A stretch of DNA of 64,000 bases from Magallana gigas. Its lineage: Eukaryota. This document shows, one piece after another, positions 37,538 to 50,599 of the stretch; the first letter of the stretch is position 1; every line of letters starts with the position of its first letter. Position numbers and translations under genes: made by a program. The notes beneath the pieces were generated by a model. That model saw nothing but the letters and a program-made list of their open reading frames with translations. It ran no database searches and had not been told where the DNA came from. The stretch is from contig NC_088860.1 in assembly GCF_963853765.1 (NCBI RefSeq), forward strand, positions 40,176,001 through 40,240,000. The letters run 5' to 3'.

Positions 37538-39238
37538 ATGGCGGATATTGCCTTTGCACAACATTTCGTTGAGTGTTCTATATGTCAAAAAAATGCCGAA
37601 TTCTTTTGCAAAACGTGCAAGAAAGATCTTTGCCAGCAATGCAAGGAGTCACACCAAAAGGAAAAACTAGAAACGACCCACGATATCGTGCTGTTTCAGG
37701 AGAAGTTCGGATCCGTAATTCTCGAGGAGCCATGTCGGGAGCACAAGGGTCAGAAATATTGTCTGTGCTGTCAACAGTGCTTACTTCCTGTGTGTGCTGA
37801 ATGCACAAAGGACGCACAGCACAAGAGGCACAGCTTTGTGAATCTTGAAAACGTTTATCACTCGCACAGAGAAAAACACGAGCCTAGGATCTTGAAAATA
37901 AGAAGAGAAATACTGCCATCTTGCCAGTCTTTACAAGAAGATGTACAGGATGATCTGTCCCTCCGTAAAAAAGAAACGGCTGAAATTTTGTCGATCATGA
38001 AGACACGAGCCGCTAGAATAAAGATTCTCATTGATGATGTTGTGGAGGACTACTCTAAATTATTGGCAGATATTTGCAAAACACAGAAGAGCGAATTACA
38101 AGAGCAGAACCGAGAAATAACAGATCGTATAACTCATCTAAACACAGTCTTAGATGGATATGAACGTACGAGGAACAAACCTGCTGCATTTCTCTTCTAC
38201 CTCAAGGAGCACCCTAGTTCTCACGCGGACCTTATGCCTCATTTGCTTGAAATGCCCTACCCAGTATTAACCAAGGAAAACTTCATAAGAGATGACGTCG
38301 TTAAAATGCTCGGGCACGTAGAAAGCCCAAAAGCAGAGACACCAAGAAAGGTAAAAGATATTGCCCAACAAACATACCAAATTCCTCCATTGGTGATAAG
38401 TGACACAGTTATGAAAATCAAGTCTTTCAGAGTGACAGGTATCAAGGATTGCTATCAGATATCTGCTGCCCCTAACGGGCAGTTCTGGCTCCGAGATGAA
38501 GATCTAAGATTGACAGACCTAACCGGCGCTACCATTCATAAAGTCTCCGACGTTTTGGCCGACTGGGCCATACAATCCGTGACGAAGGAAGGAGAGTTGA
38601 TTTATCTCGACAGCAAGAGTAACATCTGTAAACTTTCTCTGGATAACAAGAAGAGGAAATCTCTAGTCCAGGTCAAAGACCCGTGGAAACCTTCATGCAT
38701 ATTTTGTTCTTCGTACAATGGAGATATTCTGGTAGGCATGATCAGATACGAACAAGCCAAGGTAACGGAATCAGATGTAGTGGAAGCAAAAGTAGTGCGG
38801 TTAAGCGATTCGGGAAAGGAAATCCAGACCATTACTCATGATGTCACTGGACAACCATTATACAGTTACCCTCGTTACATTACAGAGAACCACAATGGCG
38901 ATGTAGTGGTGTCTGACCACACCAAAAACGCAGTGGTAGCTGTGGACCACCGGAAGAAACCACGATTTTGCTATACCGGAACATCGTCTAACTCGGAGTT
39001 CTGGCCTCGGGGAATTTCTGTTGACGCCCTAATGAACATCATAATATGTGATTACAATACCGACACTGTCCAGTTGATCGACAAAAATGGCCATTTTCTT
39101 CGAATGCTGCTCACCGAGAAAGACAAGCTGGACGAACCGAGCTGTCTGACGTGTGTTGGAGAAGACCAATTTCTGTGGGTGGGGTGCAGAGGCAGTAGGC
39201 GTATTTCTGCATTCAGCTACTTACACAAACCAGTTTAA
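37538..39238 (+). CDS. RING-less TRIM-like protein: 2 B-boxes, coiled coil, NHL repeats (mollusc-expanded TRIM2/3/71-like family)
   Basis: Single-exon ORF, likely ATG at 37538 (MADIAF). B-boxes CSICQKNAEFFCKTCKKDLCQQC..H and CREH..CLCCQQCLLPVCAEC..QH..H. NHL repeats YPRYITENHNGDVVVSD and FWPRGISVDALMNIIICD. Confidence 0.93.
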   Translation: MADIAFAQHFVECSICQKNAEFFCKTCKKDLCQQCKESHQKEKLETTHDIVLFQEKFGSVILEEPCREHKGQKYCLCCQQCLLPVCAECTKDAQHKRHSFVNLENVYHSHREKHEPRILKIRREILPSCQSLQEDVQDDLSLRKKETAEILSIMKTRAARIKILIDDVVEDYSKLLADICKTQKSELQEQNREITDRITHLNTVLDGYERTRNKPAAFLFYLKEHPSSHADLMPHLLEMPYPVLTKENFIRDDVVKMLGHVESPKAETPRKVKDIAQQTYQIPPLVISDTVMKIKSFRVTGIKDCYQISAAPNGQFWLRDEDLRLTDLTGATIHKVSDVLADWAIQSVTKEGELIYLDSKSNICKLSLDNKKRKSLVQVKDPWKPSCIFCSSYNGDILVGMIRYEQAKVTESDVVEAKVVRLSDSGKEIQTITHDVTGQPLYSYPRYITENHNGDVVVSDHTKNAVVAVDHRKKPRFCYTGTSSNSEFWPRGISVDALMNIIICDYNTDTVQLIDKNGHFLRMLLTEKDKLDEPSCLTCVGEDQFLWVGCRGSRRISAFSYLHKPV

Positions 39239-40709
39239 TGAATTCAATCATGGACAAGTATATAGTAGGAAAACCACGTTTTGAGTCCACAAGCCCCGAT
39301 GATAGAGAGAATCAATGCAAGCCAGACGTGGGTTACCGACGATGGGACAGATATATCGTACTATGTTCTTAAGGTAGTCTCTCCATAACTATCATATTTT
39401 ATATCTAAAAGATTGCGAGGTCAATCACTAAAATCTTCGTGCGATTTTAAGGGGTTAATTGAATTATAATGATCCCCCTCTGAAATAAAAAAAATTAATC
39501 AATATTAACAAATTCAATTATCATTTGTTAAAGTTTACATTAAAGTCTATGAGAAATGCATTTTGATATTTATATTTTTAGTACAAGTAATTTCCTCACA
39601 TTTTGCTTTCTTCTAATCTTCTAATATGCTAAAATAATTCATATTTTACCATACATATTTTCAGAAAGTGAATTTTTAAAATTTTCGTAAAGGGCAAATA
39701 ACTCCTGAAAAAAGTTTTAAGTGCAAAAAGTTCATTAAATAGACTACATACATACTCCCGAGTTTGGTTGATGTCAGCCTCATGATACATGTAACTTTCA
39801 AATACGTATTTGATGTATATAGATCAATCAACATTGTTATGTTTGGCTTAGTTATGGATGGATTACCTTAAAACAAACTTTAAAAATGAATATTCATGGG
39901 TCATCGAACAGCCTGTTTGCTGCTCATATGCATACCATATCATACAGGATTTGATAGCCTAGCACTATTGAATCATGCACACGAAGATGCTATGACATCT
40001 GGTCCTAAAATGTTGTAAAGGACTTTGACTTTTTGTCACTATTTGAATCATCAATGGACATTCAGTTGGCAGAATATGTATGTAATCGGAAATAATAACG
40101 TTTGCATCTTTGATGAAATATCTAGTTTTTAGCATAGAATTAACATTGTACATGTATCACTACCTCGTCATCTGCTTGGGCATTTGTACATGTATAATTT
40201 ATCCTGCATAAGTTTTCAGGACAAAAAACGGATCAATGTCCTTTGTTTAAACTAATTTTCATCCCATTAGTATCCATTTTATGGCGATAATTGTTTGGCA
40301 TATCATTTTCTTGTTACTACCGTATTTGTTTTCAAAAAGTAAAATCGTTACTGTGTAAAGTATTTTCTTCTGAGGCAAATCTGTCACTGTTGTAAAGCTA
40401 TCAATTTTGAAGAGCTGCGAGTTTAAATTGTTGATACTAATTTTACATTGAAAAACTATTTTTGATAGCACAGTCTATATGTTCACATTTTATTGAAAAT
40501 TGATGTTTTAAAAATCTATATCACTATAAGAATAAAAAATGAGATGTAAGTATGTTATTCATGATCTAATGTTTTGTTTATAATATTTGTTGCTATTTTT
40601 AGTATCAATCTAGTCGGTGGTTTGTCATGTTAGATGTGTTCGTTATAAATGAATGAATATATGATGTATATAATGATACATACTACATATCACGGTTTTC
40701 ATTACATGC

Positions 40710-41200
40710 AAGGCGGTACTCATAAAAAGTTGAGACTTTTGCTATAAACTGAAAAAATGAACTTTTTTGCTGTTTTATTTTATTTACATTCCTTTAAACT
40801 TGTCTTAACTTAATTTCAACAATTTAATGAAGTCCTTTTATCCAGCTTAAGAATGCGCCTCTGTACTCCGAAAGAGGTAGATACTTCTCAGACACCAATA
40901 CAACACTGAATCTCGTGCAAAACGGGAGTGAAAACGGCGTCAAGTTAACAATTTGTTTAATGTAGGATATAGAAAAAAGTCACATGGTGATACATCTGAT
41001 GAATACAGAGGATGGTCCAGGTGGTCCAGGTGAACTTCCATTTTCAAGCAAAAGGTCGCGTGTATTTCGCATAAACAGTAGGGAATTTCCGTGTATGTAA
41101 TGCGTTATCGAATAGTCGGACACTCACCTTTGGTCAATTTGTGGAGGCTTATTCCTTATCAGCAACGTTCTAGCTTTTATTGCTACAAAAATCGATAAAA
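40710..41200 (-). mobile_element. Decayed mariner transposase, 3' part
   Basis: Minus strand encodes RLFDNALHT (cf. LLHDNAPAH), HPLYSSDVSPCDFFLYPTLN (cf. HPPYSPDLAPCDFFLF) and EYRGAFLSWIKGL, with stops and frameshifts. Confidence 0.8.
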
Positions 41201-41629
41201 TATTTGAGATATATTCATATCAGGACTTTTGTCCATTTATTTTGTTAATTACTATCCAAGCAATGACAATGACATTTGTGTAAGCCTGTGGAATGTTATA
41301 GTGAAAAACATTGCATCTTCATCTTTGTTACAAGTTAACTATAATAAGAGTTTCTGGTCTAGCTAGGCATCCTCTCATACCCTTTTAAGAGATTTTGAAT
41401 TCATTGTGTATGCCTGATAACAGTTGAAGTAAGATAACCCAAATCATTTTAATTTATGACATCTTTATGCAATTTTGATAACATTGCATGTTGAACATGC
41501 TTTTTTTTTTAATATTTAATTCATTTTCACGTATGATACATAAATCTCTGCCAAATCATTTTTGACTAACATCCAGGACATTCACAATTTGAATAATTAA
41601 ACATGTAGTCTTATGATTACCGTTTTCTT

Positions 41630-42060
41630 ATTTTAGCGTTAGCGTTAGCGGGTTATGTAAATTTTTTCTGCATTGATCGCTACCTTCATAACCCGAATGA
41701 ATCATCAAAGAAAGCATTTTACTATTAACATCTTTTTTTTAGCTAATTGATAAATTGATTATGAAAAGTAAGTAAAATTCACTAAATTACTGTCAATGTA
41801 CGTAAGTACGTTAGCTAAAAGAAACAGCCAAATCGCCTCCTGTGAGACTTTGAGTCTGACATCGTCATGATTATTTCGTGCAGTCCGTGACTTTTTCTAG
41901 GTCGCTATAGGTTTGGACCAATCGATAAACAGGGCGTGTCTATATCTGTGTTGTCAGTTTCTTATCAGTTTCAGCAGCTGTAGATTTCGACCAATCGATA
42001 AACGGGGCGTGTAGATTTCAGTCTGGCTGTTTCTATAGAGCTATGAATTAACTATAGGTT
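41630..42060. repeat. Half copy of a common oyster interspersed repeat
   Basis: Starts (ttagcg)3-ggttatgtaa. Contains two copies of gaccaatcgataaac(a/g)gggcgtgt at ~41926 and ~41988. Family recognised from memory only. Confidence 0.45.
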
Positions 42061-42328
42061 TCCGTAAGAAATAGAGGGAATAATACTTTGTAGATGTAAA
42101 TATATAATAATTAAATCGTTCTACGGAGGGAAGGTTAACAACGGAAAAAAGTGTGCTCTATATATATATAAACATAAAATACCATATATTTCCGAAAAGA
42201 AGAAAAAACTTTATTATGATGTTTAGACGATGTAATATTGATTTTTTTTTTCGATTTTAAGGAAATGAAATTTACACAGGTAACATTCTTATCTAATCAA
42301 TGGGCGCAGTTCACGGAGTCCACCACAC

Positions 42329-42334
42329 TATAAA
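42329..42334 (+). promoter_or_regulatory. Candidate TATA box of the lipocalin gene
   Basis: TATAAA 52 nt upstream of ATG 42381. A second TATAAA at 42361 is too close to the ATG. Confidence 0.4.
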
Positions 42335-42380
42335 GCCTGAACACCGGCAGTAGTTCCTGGTATAAAGAAATCTCCCAGCC

Positions 42381-45300
42381 ATGTATTTCATGTTTTCTGC
42401 AGTAGTTTATTTTGCATTTTGCTCGAAATTTTCCGTGGCGATAAGTTGTGACTTTGATGGGACAAATACTGTTGCTGATTTTAACGACACTAAAGTAAGT
42501 ATAACAAAGTTATTCCAGTGAAGAATTGGCGTTTATTCGCACCAATTATTGCAATTCATCGCAAATTTTTATTTAGATTAAACGCAATAATTTATGCATT
42601 TTAACGCAATTTTCTTTGCATTAAACACAAAGGACTTTGCGATTTAACTCTAAAGATTAGTTTTTTTTTATTCATGGAACTATTGGTAAATATTTTATGT
42701 AACGAACTTATCGACAATGACGATATATTTTGATTTTTACCCCCTATAGCTAATAATCACTTTATGAGAGCGAGATTGACAATGAGAAAAAAAAAGATGA
42801 CAATATTTACAACAAACTACTTTTTAGGAGTCTTTGTGGTTTTTATTCTTGCAGAGACTATAAACAGCCCAGTAATGTAGGTTAGGTATTTCTCTGCAAT
42901 ACTCACTACAATCACACCAACATGAACCAACAAAGAATTTTAAAACATTTCAATGTATAGGCGTAAAAAAGAGTTTTCACCCATCACCACATCTAAAGAC
43001 ATCTTTTAAATACTCGCGTGTATATGTCAATGACATAACATTCAGAATCCTATTATTACAAACAAAAGTTGTTTCAAAGTGTATAGCTGCTTATCATAAA
43101 TTAATGAAATATTTGAATCAGCTTTAAATTAGAAATTTACAGCCATATTTTTTTTTAAAATGAATAATATTCCATTATCAAGAGTATAATGAAATAAAAA
43201 GACATTATGAATAAAGGAAAGTCGTTAAAAATCAGTAGTTATTATATAAATATTAATCACTTTTTAAAGAAACTATAATTTTTTAAATATTCTAATTTGT
43301 TTACATTAATTTTTTTGTAGTTCCTTGGAACATGGCATGAACTAGAAAGAACAACATTTCAATGGGGAGAAAACACGTGGCATTCTCAGGTCTGGGTTTT
43401 CAAACGAGGAGCCGACGGCCATCTTTATATGGCATATACAGGATATTCGTGAGTAAAATGGTGTCAATAATCATGCGTTTGCTAAATTGTTTTTTTTTTT
43501 TTCATTTTCCATCATTTAAATTTACACACTACGAACTGTTATGATTATACAGTGCAAACAACTTGGTTGTAGAGCACAAAGGAAGTCATGTAGCAGCCCC
43601 CAGACTGGACTTCTGACGCATTCAGGTTCTGGGGCATCTTATACCTTGACGTCAGAGGGTCGGTATGAAGGTAAAAAATTACTTTTATCAGTATCTGATT
43701 TTGGACAAACTGATAGAGTCAAATTTGTTATGTTGACTCTTTAGAACAGAATACATGCATGAACTAAAAAAAATGCTCATTTCTGTCGTATGGAAAAAAC
43801 ATTAACCGCCCCAGTGATTATTGTAAATTTTGTCTATTTTCAGTATCAATCACCCATATTTCTACTGATAGTTACACAAACTAATGTTACCAAAAACAGG
43901 TTTACATGATATTTTATTGATGTGAAACCAATCATATTGGTTTCGTTGAATAACATACATGTAATAAATACAAATGAATAGTATACTCTTTAAATAACAG
44001 CTGCATTGCGAGTGGCTTACACAGACTACTCAAACGTTGCTCTAGTATACATGTGTTATGCGCCGGAAGTGCTTGGAACTTGTGACAGAAATCGTGTGCA
44101 CGTGTCTTTATTTTCCCGTTCGCCCTCCATGTCCAAAGCTCAGAGGACAATCTTAATGAGTCACATAGATCTAGACTGTGTGGAAAACGGACACCTTCAC
44201 CAAGCCACAGCTGGTAAAGAGTTACTTAAACAATGATTAAATTATATAAATTTAACAAATAAAATTCGTTTTTGGATGTTTTTGCAAATATAAAGATACA
44301 CGAGAAGCTATCATTTCTGAAATAAGAATTTCCTATGTAAGTCCAATAAACCCGAGGTTGCTGAAAAAAAGAAATGTTACTTTCAACCAATGCCCCCCCC
44401 CCCTTCCTAAAATTTGTGAAAATAAATATGTTATTGGTTCGTAGAACTATGATTTCGTGGAAAGTTTTTTTTAATTTCATTGAATAACGAATATGTCTTA
44501 TTATATAACTCTTTGAGGAAATAAACCCATGGTCGAGAATTACCTGACAAAAGTTCAACAAAGTATTATCTACTTCGAATTATAATGATTCCGCCATTAA
44601 TACACAGATTAAAACGTTTTGTTAACTAAACTGTTTTCAATAATGTGAACATTTACACTAAGGATATGTATTTCTTCATCCAAGAAAGTATTCTACAAAT
44701 ACGGTAAAAGATTAAAATACATCTTCCCTTTTGAGTTTATGATTTATATTTCAGGACTATGCCAGGAACCTATTCCATCGAGTAAGTCTTTTTCTCTGTT
44801 TCCTGGCGTTATAAAAATGATAGTTACATGTAATAATATCATAATTATATAAAAATGATAGTTACATGTAATGATAACATATATAAAAATGATAATATCA
44901 TGAGATGATATCATTATTAATAGATCTGTTTGAGGTAAACTTGAACATATACATGTTTTAAATGGAAATTTACAATCGACAAAAGACACTGGAGTAGGCT
45001 TGTTCTCTTCATTATATTTATTGCAAATTGTCTAACATGTATATGCATTTCTAAAAAAAAAATTAATGTTCGATGAATGTTAGTTGTGTAAAAGGTGTTC
45101 TTTTGCAGAAAGTTTAAAATGTATATATGTTATTAATATAAAAGGGCCGTTCAAAATTTTGCCGACCACAAACCTTGACGAAATATTGACAAAATAACAA
45201 GCTTAAGAGTCTTTACTTTGAACAACAAGAGTTTTTATATCTTAAGATGATCTACATATTTCTTTATTAATCTGGTTATTTTGCACTCTTTGGAAGTATA

Positions 45301-45671
45301 TGAAGTTAGATGTGTCGCGTTTTAAGTAATTCAGTGCAAAAATGACGGGAAATGACTAACGTTTCTAAATTAAGACCATTTTTTACAATTTATACCTTTG
45401 TATTATCAACGAAGAATGTTTCTTAACAAATAAATGCATTGGCTTGGGAATTTGTGAACGGCTCTTGATTTTTGACGATAGCTGATAATGCTACCGTAAT
45501 GTTTTGGTTCTAATTGTGAACATTGTTTGACCAGCATTTATAATTATGTAAAAAACTTTATGAACTCTCACATAGTGTTCGTACGTTAATATAGTTTTCC
45601 ATTCAATCAGGAAAACTACATTTTCTAACAAACCTGGTTGCATTTATTTTTCAGTTCCACTTGGAAAGTAA
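42381..45671 (+). CDS. Secreted lipocalin, apolipoprotein D-like, ~198 aa
   Basis: Exons 42381-42494 (signal peptide MYFMFSAVVYFAFCSKFSVA), 43321-43448, 43573-43670, 44001-44213, 44755-44781, and tentatively 45655-45671. Lipocalin motifs: SCR1 DFNDTKFLGTWHELER, SCR2 YTDY, SCR3 LFSR. The last exon is uncertain. Confidence 0.85.
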
Positions 45672-46365
45672 ATGAAACTCATGTACGCTTAATATTCAAA
45701 CACTTGCTATGATTCATCAACAAGTTATGCAACTGTTATATGGGCTATTTTTTTACGAATAAAAGAAAAATTTGTACGATATATTCTTGAAAACTTGCTT
45801 CTCTGTTCACACTTTCATATTTGCATACATTTTACAAACTGAATCGTTAGGACAGACAGTTGAAAAATTGCATGAATTGCAGAATTGAAAATCGGTGAAA
45901 AGCAATTGTTCCGACTGATTAACAGGTTAATCGTATCATAATAAACACAAATTTTGACATTAATCGTTTGTTCTTTTTTATAAAACGTAAAAAGTACTAA
46001 TAATTTTCCTGAAAAGATAAGATATCAATTTCTTGATTTATTTAAAATAAATTTTTTTTGGACTTGGAAATTACGATAAAAATGAAATGTTCTTTCATTT
46101 TCAATGACTAGCCGACTTATGATTTGCAACGGGTTTTTGTCGATCAGACCAATTAATTGGTAGACATTGCCGCTACTATTTATCTGTACACTCTGAAAAG
46201 GATTTTAGACTTCATTCTATTTACTTCTTTGATTAAAAAAACAAAACAAATTATAAACATTTGATAAAAAAAAAAATGCAGCATTATTTTTTGACGTATA
46301 ATGATTACGATAAAGGCACATATTCTAATTAATTTTTCATTTCTATTCGTGCATCTATTCCTGTC

Positions 46366-47664
46366 TCACTGATTCACTGAATGTTGACATCTCACAAAAC
46401 CTTTTAAAGCTGCTTGAAACTTTTTGTCAAAGAGACTGTAGATGTATGGATTTGCTGCACTGCTTATCAAATACGTCGTCTTGAGCAAAAGGAACATGTT
46501 GACTTTAAGGTCACTCTCCTCTTTATGAACCCACCAGGAGTTGTCTTGAAGGTTGTTGTATACAATTATAGCTACGACAAGTGAAGGAATGTACGCAAGA
46601 ACCATGATAAGAAACATCACAATGAACATCACGTGAATGGAGATTGACTGGTGCCTTGTAACAGCTAATGGTAGGACCTCCTGGTGAGGGTTGTCATTTC
46701 TATTAAACCGAGATCTGCTTGTCAACATAAGTGTATTTTGAGGTTGTTCTTTCTGTTCGATTTCAGAGCTAGAGTCTAAGTTTCGTTTCTCGATACAATC
46801 CTTTTTACTATCAATACCCGTATTTTGAAACCCAATGTTGAATGACATGTGTTCGTTGCCCTTTATTTCTTCAGCAGTAGGATTTGTTCGTTCTGTACGT
46901 GTATGCTGTTTCAAATGGCTACCTAATTTAACAGCGCAGTTGATATCTTCGCTTGAATGATTTTCCTTGATTCTAGCTTGTTTAGAAGGATGCACAAACT
47001 TTGCAGAACGTCGAATTTTCGTGCAAATAACGTATGATATTTTCAAGTTAACGTACATCACATAAACAAATATACCTATAGTACCACAACCCACAATAAG
47101 GGAATGAATAACGTCAAATGTTGGGCTTGAATGTTTTGAAAATACGCAAACAGATCCTTGAATTGTACTGTTATATGTTGAAGGTTTTTGTAATAGAACA
47201 ACCCCGCTTGTCGCAAATACGGGACAGTTTAAAATGGCTGTGATCATAACAATGGTCTTCACGATGATCCATCTTTGTCTCTCTGTCAATGGTGTTTTTT
47301 CTATCTGACAAACCATTCGATACCTATCAAAGGCAATTGCAAACACTATAAAAATGGATACACTTACAATCCAACAAATTGTGAAGTATAGACCTTTGCA
47401 TATTATATCTGAAAAGAAAATGACATTTAGGCAGAGACGAATGAGTATACAGGCAGATAAAACAAGACTGGCAAGAAAATCCACAAAGGCTAGGATCGGA
47501 ATGAAGAACCGCCCTTTTCCAGAAATCATCTTTTTCCAGTAAATTACGAGAACAGTCGCATTGCCTATAACTCCAGTTATACAATACACTGAAATAATTG
47601 CAATAGTTGGTGTTAGAGTCCGGATTATTGATAGATTCCACGTTTCCAATCCAGCTGCCGCCAT
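46366..47664 (-). CDS. Intronless rhodopsin-family (class A) GPCR, peptide/CCK-receptor-like orphan
   Basis: Seven hydrophobic segments with GN in TM1, LAFVD in TM2, DRY, and NPYIY. ATG at 47664 follows an acceptor-like ttccag. Confidence 0.93.
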   Translation of the reverse strand: MAAAGLETWNLSIIRTLTPTIAIISVYCITGVIGNATVLVIYWKKMISGKGRFFIPILAFVDFLASLVLSACILIRLCLNVIFFSDIICKGLYFTICWIVSVSIFIVFAIAFDRYRMVCQIEKTPLTERQRWIIVKTIVMITAILNCPVFATSGVVLLQKPSTYNSTIQGSVCVFSKHSSPTFDVIHSLIVGCGTIGIFVYVMYVNLKISYVICTKIRRSAKFVHPSKQARIKENHSSEDINCAVKLGSHLKQHTRTERTNPTAEEIKGNEHMSFNIGFQNTGIDSKKDCIEKRNLDSSSEIEQKEQPQNTLMLTSRSRFNRNDNPHQEVLPLAVTRHQSISIHVMFIVMFLIMVLAYIPSLVVAIIVYNNLQDNSWWVHKEESDLKVNMFLLLKTTYLISSAANPYIYSLFDKKFQAALKGFVRCQHSVNQ

Positions 47665-49417
47665 CCTCTGGAAATTCAAAAGTAAAGCTTCAACACAAAA
47701 TAATTAAGCTTTAAATCGAAATCAATTTCCTTTTATTAAGTTTGTTGCAAATTAACACAGCACTTTATAGTAATTATGTTTTATTAAGTCATTTGTTTTA
47801 TCCTGTCTGTGCTCAGCACTAGAATTTAGACGATGGCACTGGCTTGGACATATATAACCAAATGGTAAAAGAACCCTCATAAAAATGACGCCTTATTCCC
47901 GCTATGGCAGAATGTCCGAAAATTTTTCTTTTTCATTTAAGGAAAACGAACAGCGTATTATTTCTTTATAAAGGAAACGGAGACCAACTGTCAACGTATA
48001 TTAACGGAAATCGACTGGTTTAAATTTCCCCTTAAAAAATTCAAACGTGAAAAATATTAAAATACAATTATTCTTTATTGATAATCAATTGGGATATTTA
48101 TAATATATGTTTACATTTTTACATGAAGCATGTAACTAGAGGAAATTCCAAGTCATATGCATGTCTTAAGATTTCTTAAGAATTCATAATAGAAAACCTA
48201 ATTTTACATACAATATTGAAAACAAAATAAGAACATTAATGTATATGTATATTCACTTCTCATTTAAGAAAATCATTTAATTTTATCATAAACATATTTG
48301 TGAGAAAAAAAATTAACTGTGATAGTAAAAAAAACCCCTTTTATTTCAGCAGTGCATAGAATGTTTATTTGCACACGGGTGTTTATCAGGATGAAACATA
48401 AATTGAGCTGTATCAATGTTAAGTGTACTAGAATCAAGGCACATACAAACAAGTTAATGACCTCCAGTGTAATTAATTCACAAGTTCACTACTGCTTAAG
48501 TTTTTCTTGCACACAAGCTTGGAAATATTCCATTTTTACCTAGTAACTTCCATTATCCAAGGAATATAGAAAACATACATGAAATTATTTTAACATGTTA
48601 TTTAGTTAGCTTCCGCGACAAAATATATAGTGCCCGAAACTGTGTGGAGTAAATTAATTTTTGTTAAGGAATAGATATATATATATAAGTTATTGTTTTT
48701 CAAAAGTACACATCAAATTGGTTATGTAAGATTGAAAGTTTTATTTAATCGTACAAAATATATATATATACTCAAAACAGGTGAAAACGTTTATTTTTGT
48801 GCTCATGGCGCATGGATTAGCAAAGTGTATTAATAGAACTTGAACGTCGCAGATTTCCAATGTAAACATAAGGTAAATATACACTGAATGTAAATATACA
48901 GAGGTGGAATAAATATCAGGGGTGGTTGGTGGGAAAGAAAATGGCAAAACTCAACTGTCTGCGATCAAATCCAAACAAACGACAAAGAAAATAGTCTGGA
49001 CACATTCGCAGGGGTGAATAAGTGTACATTGATCTTTTTCTGCATTAATATTAATATTCTTTTTTATCTTATCATTATTATAAGTTTAAGATAATAACTT
49101 GAATAGGCACCCTATATTTTCATTTAATGATTTTCCGTGCATATATATTAAAGAATTTGGTAGCTTTATAATAATCTTTTATGAGAATAAACAAGAAATT
49201 TTAACTTTATGTAACATTACCAACCGGTATATCTTTTTTATCACTATTTTATAGCCAAGCACAAATTAATGTCAAAAAAGTAATTAAATTGTACATGGTT
49301 GATACAAATGACATCATATCATAAAGTGACAATATATGTAGAGTTTATGTCATTTATTATACAAATAACACTTCAATCTTTATTATTTTTCTCTTTTTCT
49401 GAAGTTTGAGTTCATAC

Positions 49418-50599
49418 CTAACGTTTTAAACATCCGATCACGATAGCACGAAACTCTTTGTCAAAGAGACTATATATATAAGGATTTGCTGCACTGCTGA
49501 TTAGATACGATACTTGGAACGAAAAGAAAAGATTAATATCCATAGTATGTTCTTCAACATCGAACACCGAAAAGTTTTGTGTGTGGTCGTTGTATATCAT
49601 TAGAACAATTGTCAAGGAGGGAATATATGAAAGAAGCATGATGACAAACATCACGAAGAACATGACATGGATATAGAGTGACTGGTGTGTCCTTACAGTT
49701 TGTAGTAAATACTTTGGATAACACGTTTTATCCTTGTTTACTTGCAATCTACTCACAGATATATCAATGGGTTCAAGTTGCTCGATTGATTCATCTTCTG
49801 GGCGAGATTCCATTTGATGAGGGATGTCTCTTTCTAGATTATCATTTTCAGAGTTTCTGTCTGCAAATGGGCATTTCATGCATGCAGTAAAAAAATGTTT
49901 ATTTTTTGTTTTATTGTAACTGATAATGATATTATTTTCAGATCGTCGAAGCTTTGTGCAAATGACGTAAGCTATTCTTACATTGAAAAACAACACACAG
50001 ACAAACATACTAACGATTCCAATGATTACAACAAACGAGTGGATCACTTCAAATGTCGGATCTAGATGTTTTGAAATGGTACAGATGGATCCCTTTATTG
50101 AATTGTTGTATTTAGAAGGCAAAGGAACAAAAACAGTTCCACTTGTAACAAGAACTGGAATGTTTAAAATTCCGCTGAGAATAAGTATAGTCCACACAAT
50201 AGTCCATTTTTGTCTCTCTGATAGTGGTTGTCTATTTATTTGACAAATTATCCGATACCTATAATAAGCGATTGCAAACACCAAGAAAACTGAGGCATTA
50301 AAAATCCAACAAATGATGTGAAAGTAAATTTTGCACAGAACGTCTGAAAAGAAAACAACATTTCGGCATAGGTTTAGGAGGACACCAAAGGAACACACTA
50401 AACTGGCAAGAAGATCCACAAAGGCAAGGATCGGAATGAAAAAGCGCCCTTTTCCTGAAATTTTCTTCGTCTTGTAAACTATAAGCACCGTTGTATTTCC
50501 AATGGCACCGGTCATACAACAAATACTTATGAATACAATTGTGGGTATTAGAGTTTGAATCACTGACCAATGCCACCTGTTTAGGTCAATGCTATTCAT
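49418..50599 (-). CDS. Tandem paralogue of the class A GPCR
   Basis: Shares SGKGRFFIPILAFVD and YLISSAANPYIYSLFDK with the neighbouring receptor. The DRY motif reads YRY. Likely ATG at 50599; an upstream in-frame ATG exists at 50650. Confidence 0.92.
   Translation of the reverse strand: MNSIDLNRWHWSVIQTLIPTIVFISICCMTGAIGNTTVLIVYKTKKISGKGRFFIPILAFVDLLASLVCSFGVLLNLCRNVVFFSDVLCKIYFHIICWIFNASVFLVFAIAYYRYRIICQINRQPLSERQKWTIVWTILILSGILNIPVLVTSGTVFVPLPSKYNNSIKGSICTISKHLDPTFEVIHSFVVIIGIVSMFVCVLFFNVRIAYVICTKLRRSENNIIISYNKTKNKHFFTACMKCPFADRNSENDNLERDIPHQMESRPEDESIEQLEPIDISVSRLQVNKDKTCYPKYLLQTVRTHQSLYIHVMFFVMFVIMLLSYIPSLTIVLMIYNDHTQNFSVFDVEEHTMDINLFFSFQVSYLISSAANPYIYSLFDKEFRAIVIGCLKR

Noticed and set aside
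39250-39372. Short ORF (MDKYIVGKPRF..., 40 aa) right after the TRIM-like stop codon
   Set aside because: Short and without recognisable homology; more likely 3'UTR sequence.
42855-42880. Possible extra lipocalin micro-exon (gcag|agactataaacagcccagtaatgtag|gttagg)
   Set aside because: Phase is incompatible with exon 1 and gives an immediate stop; exon 1 joins cleanly to 43321.
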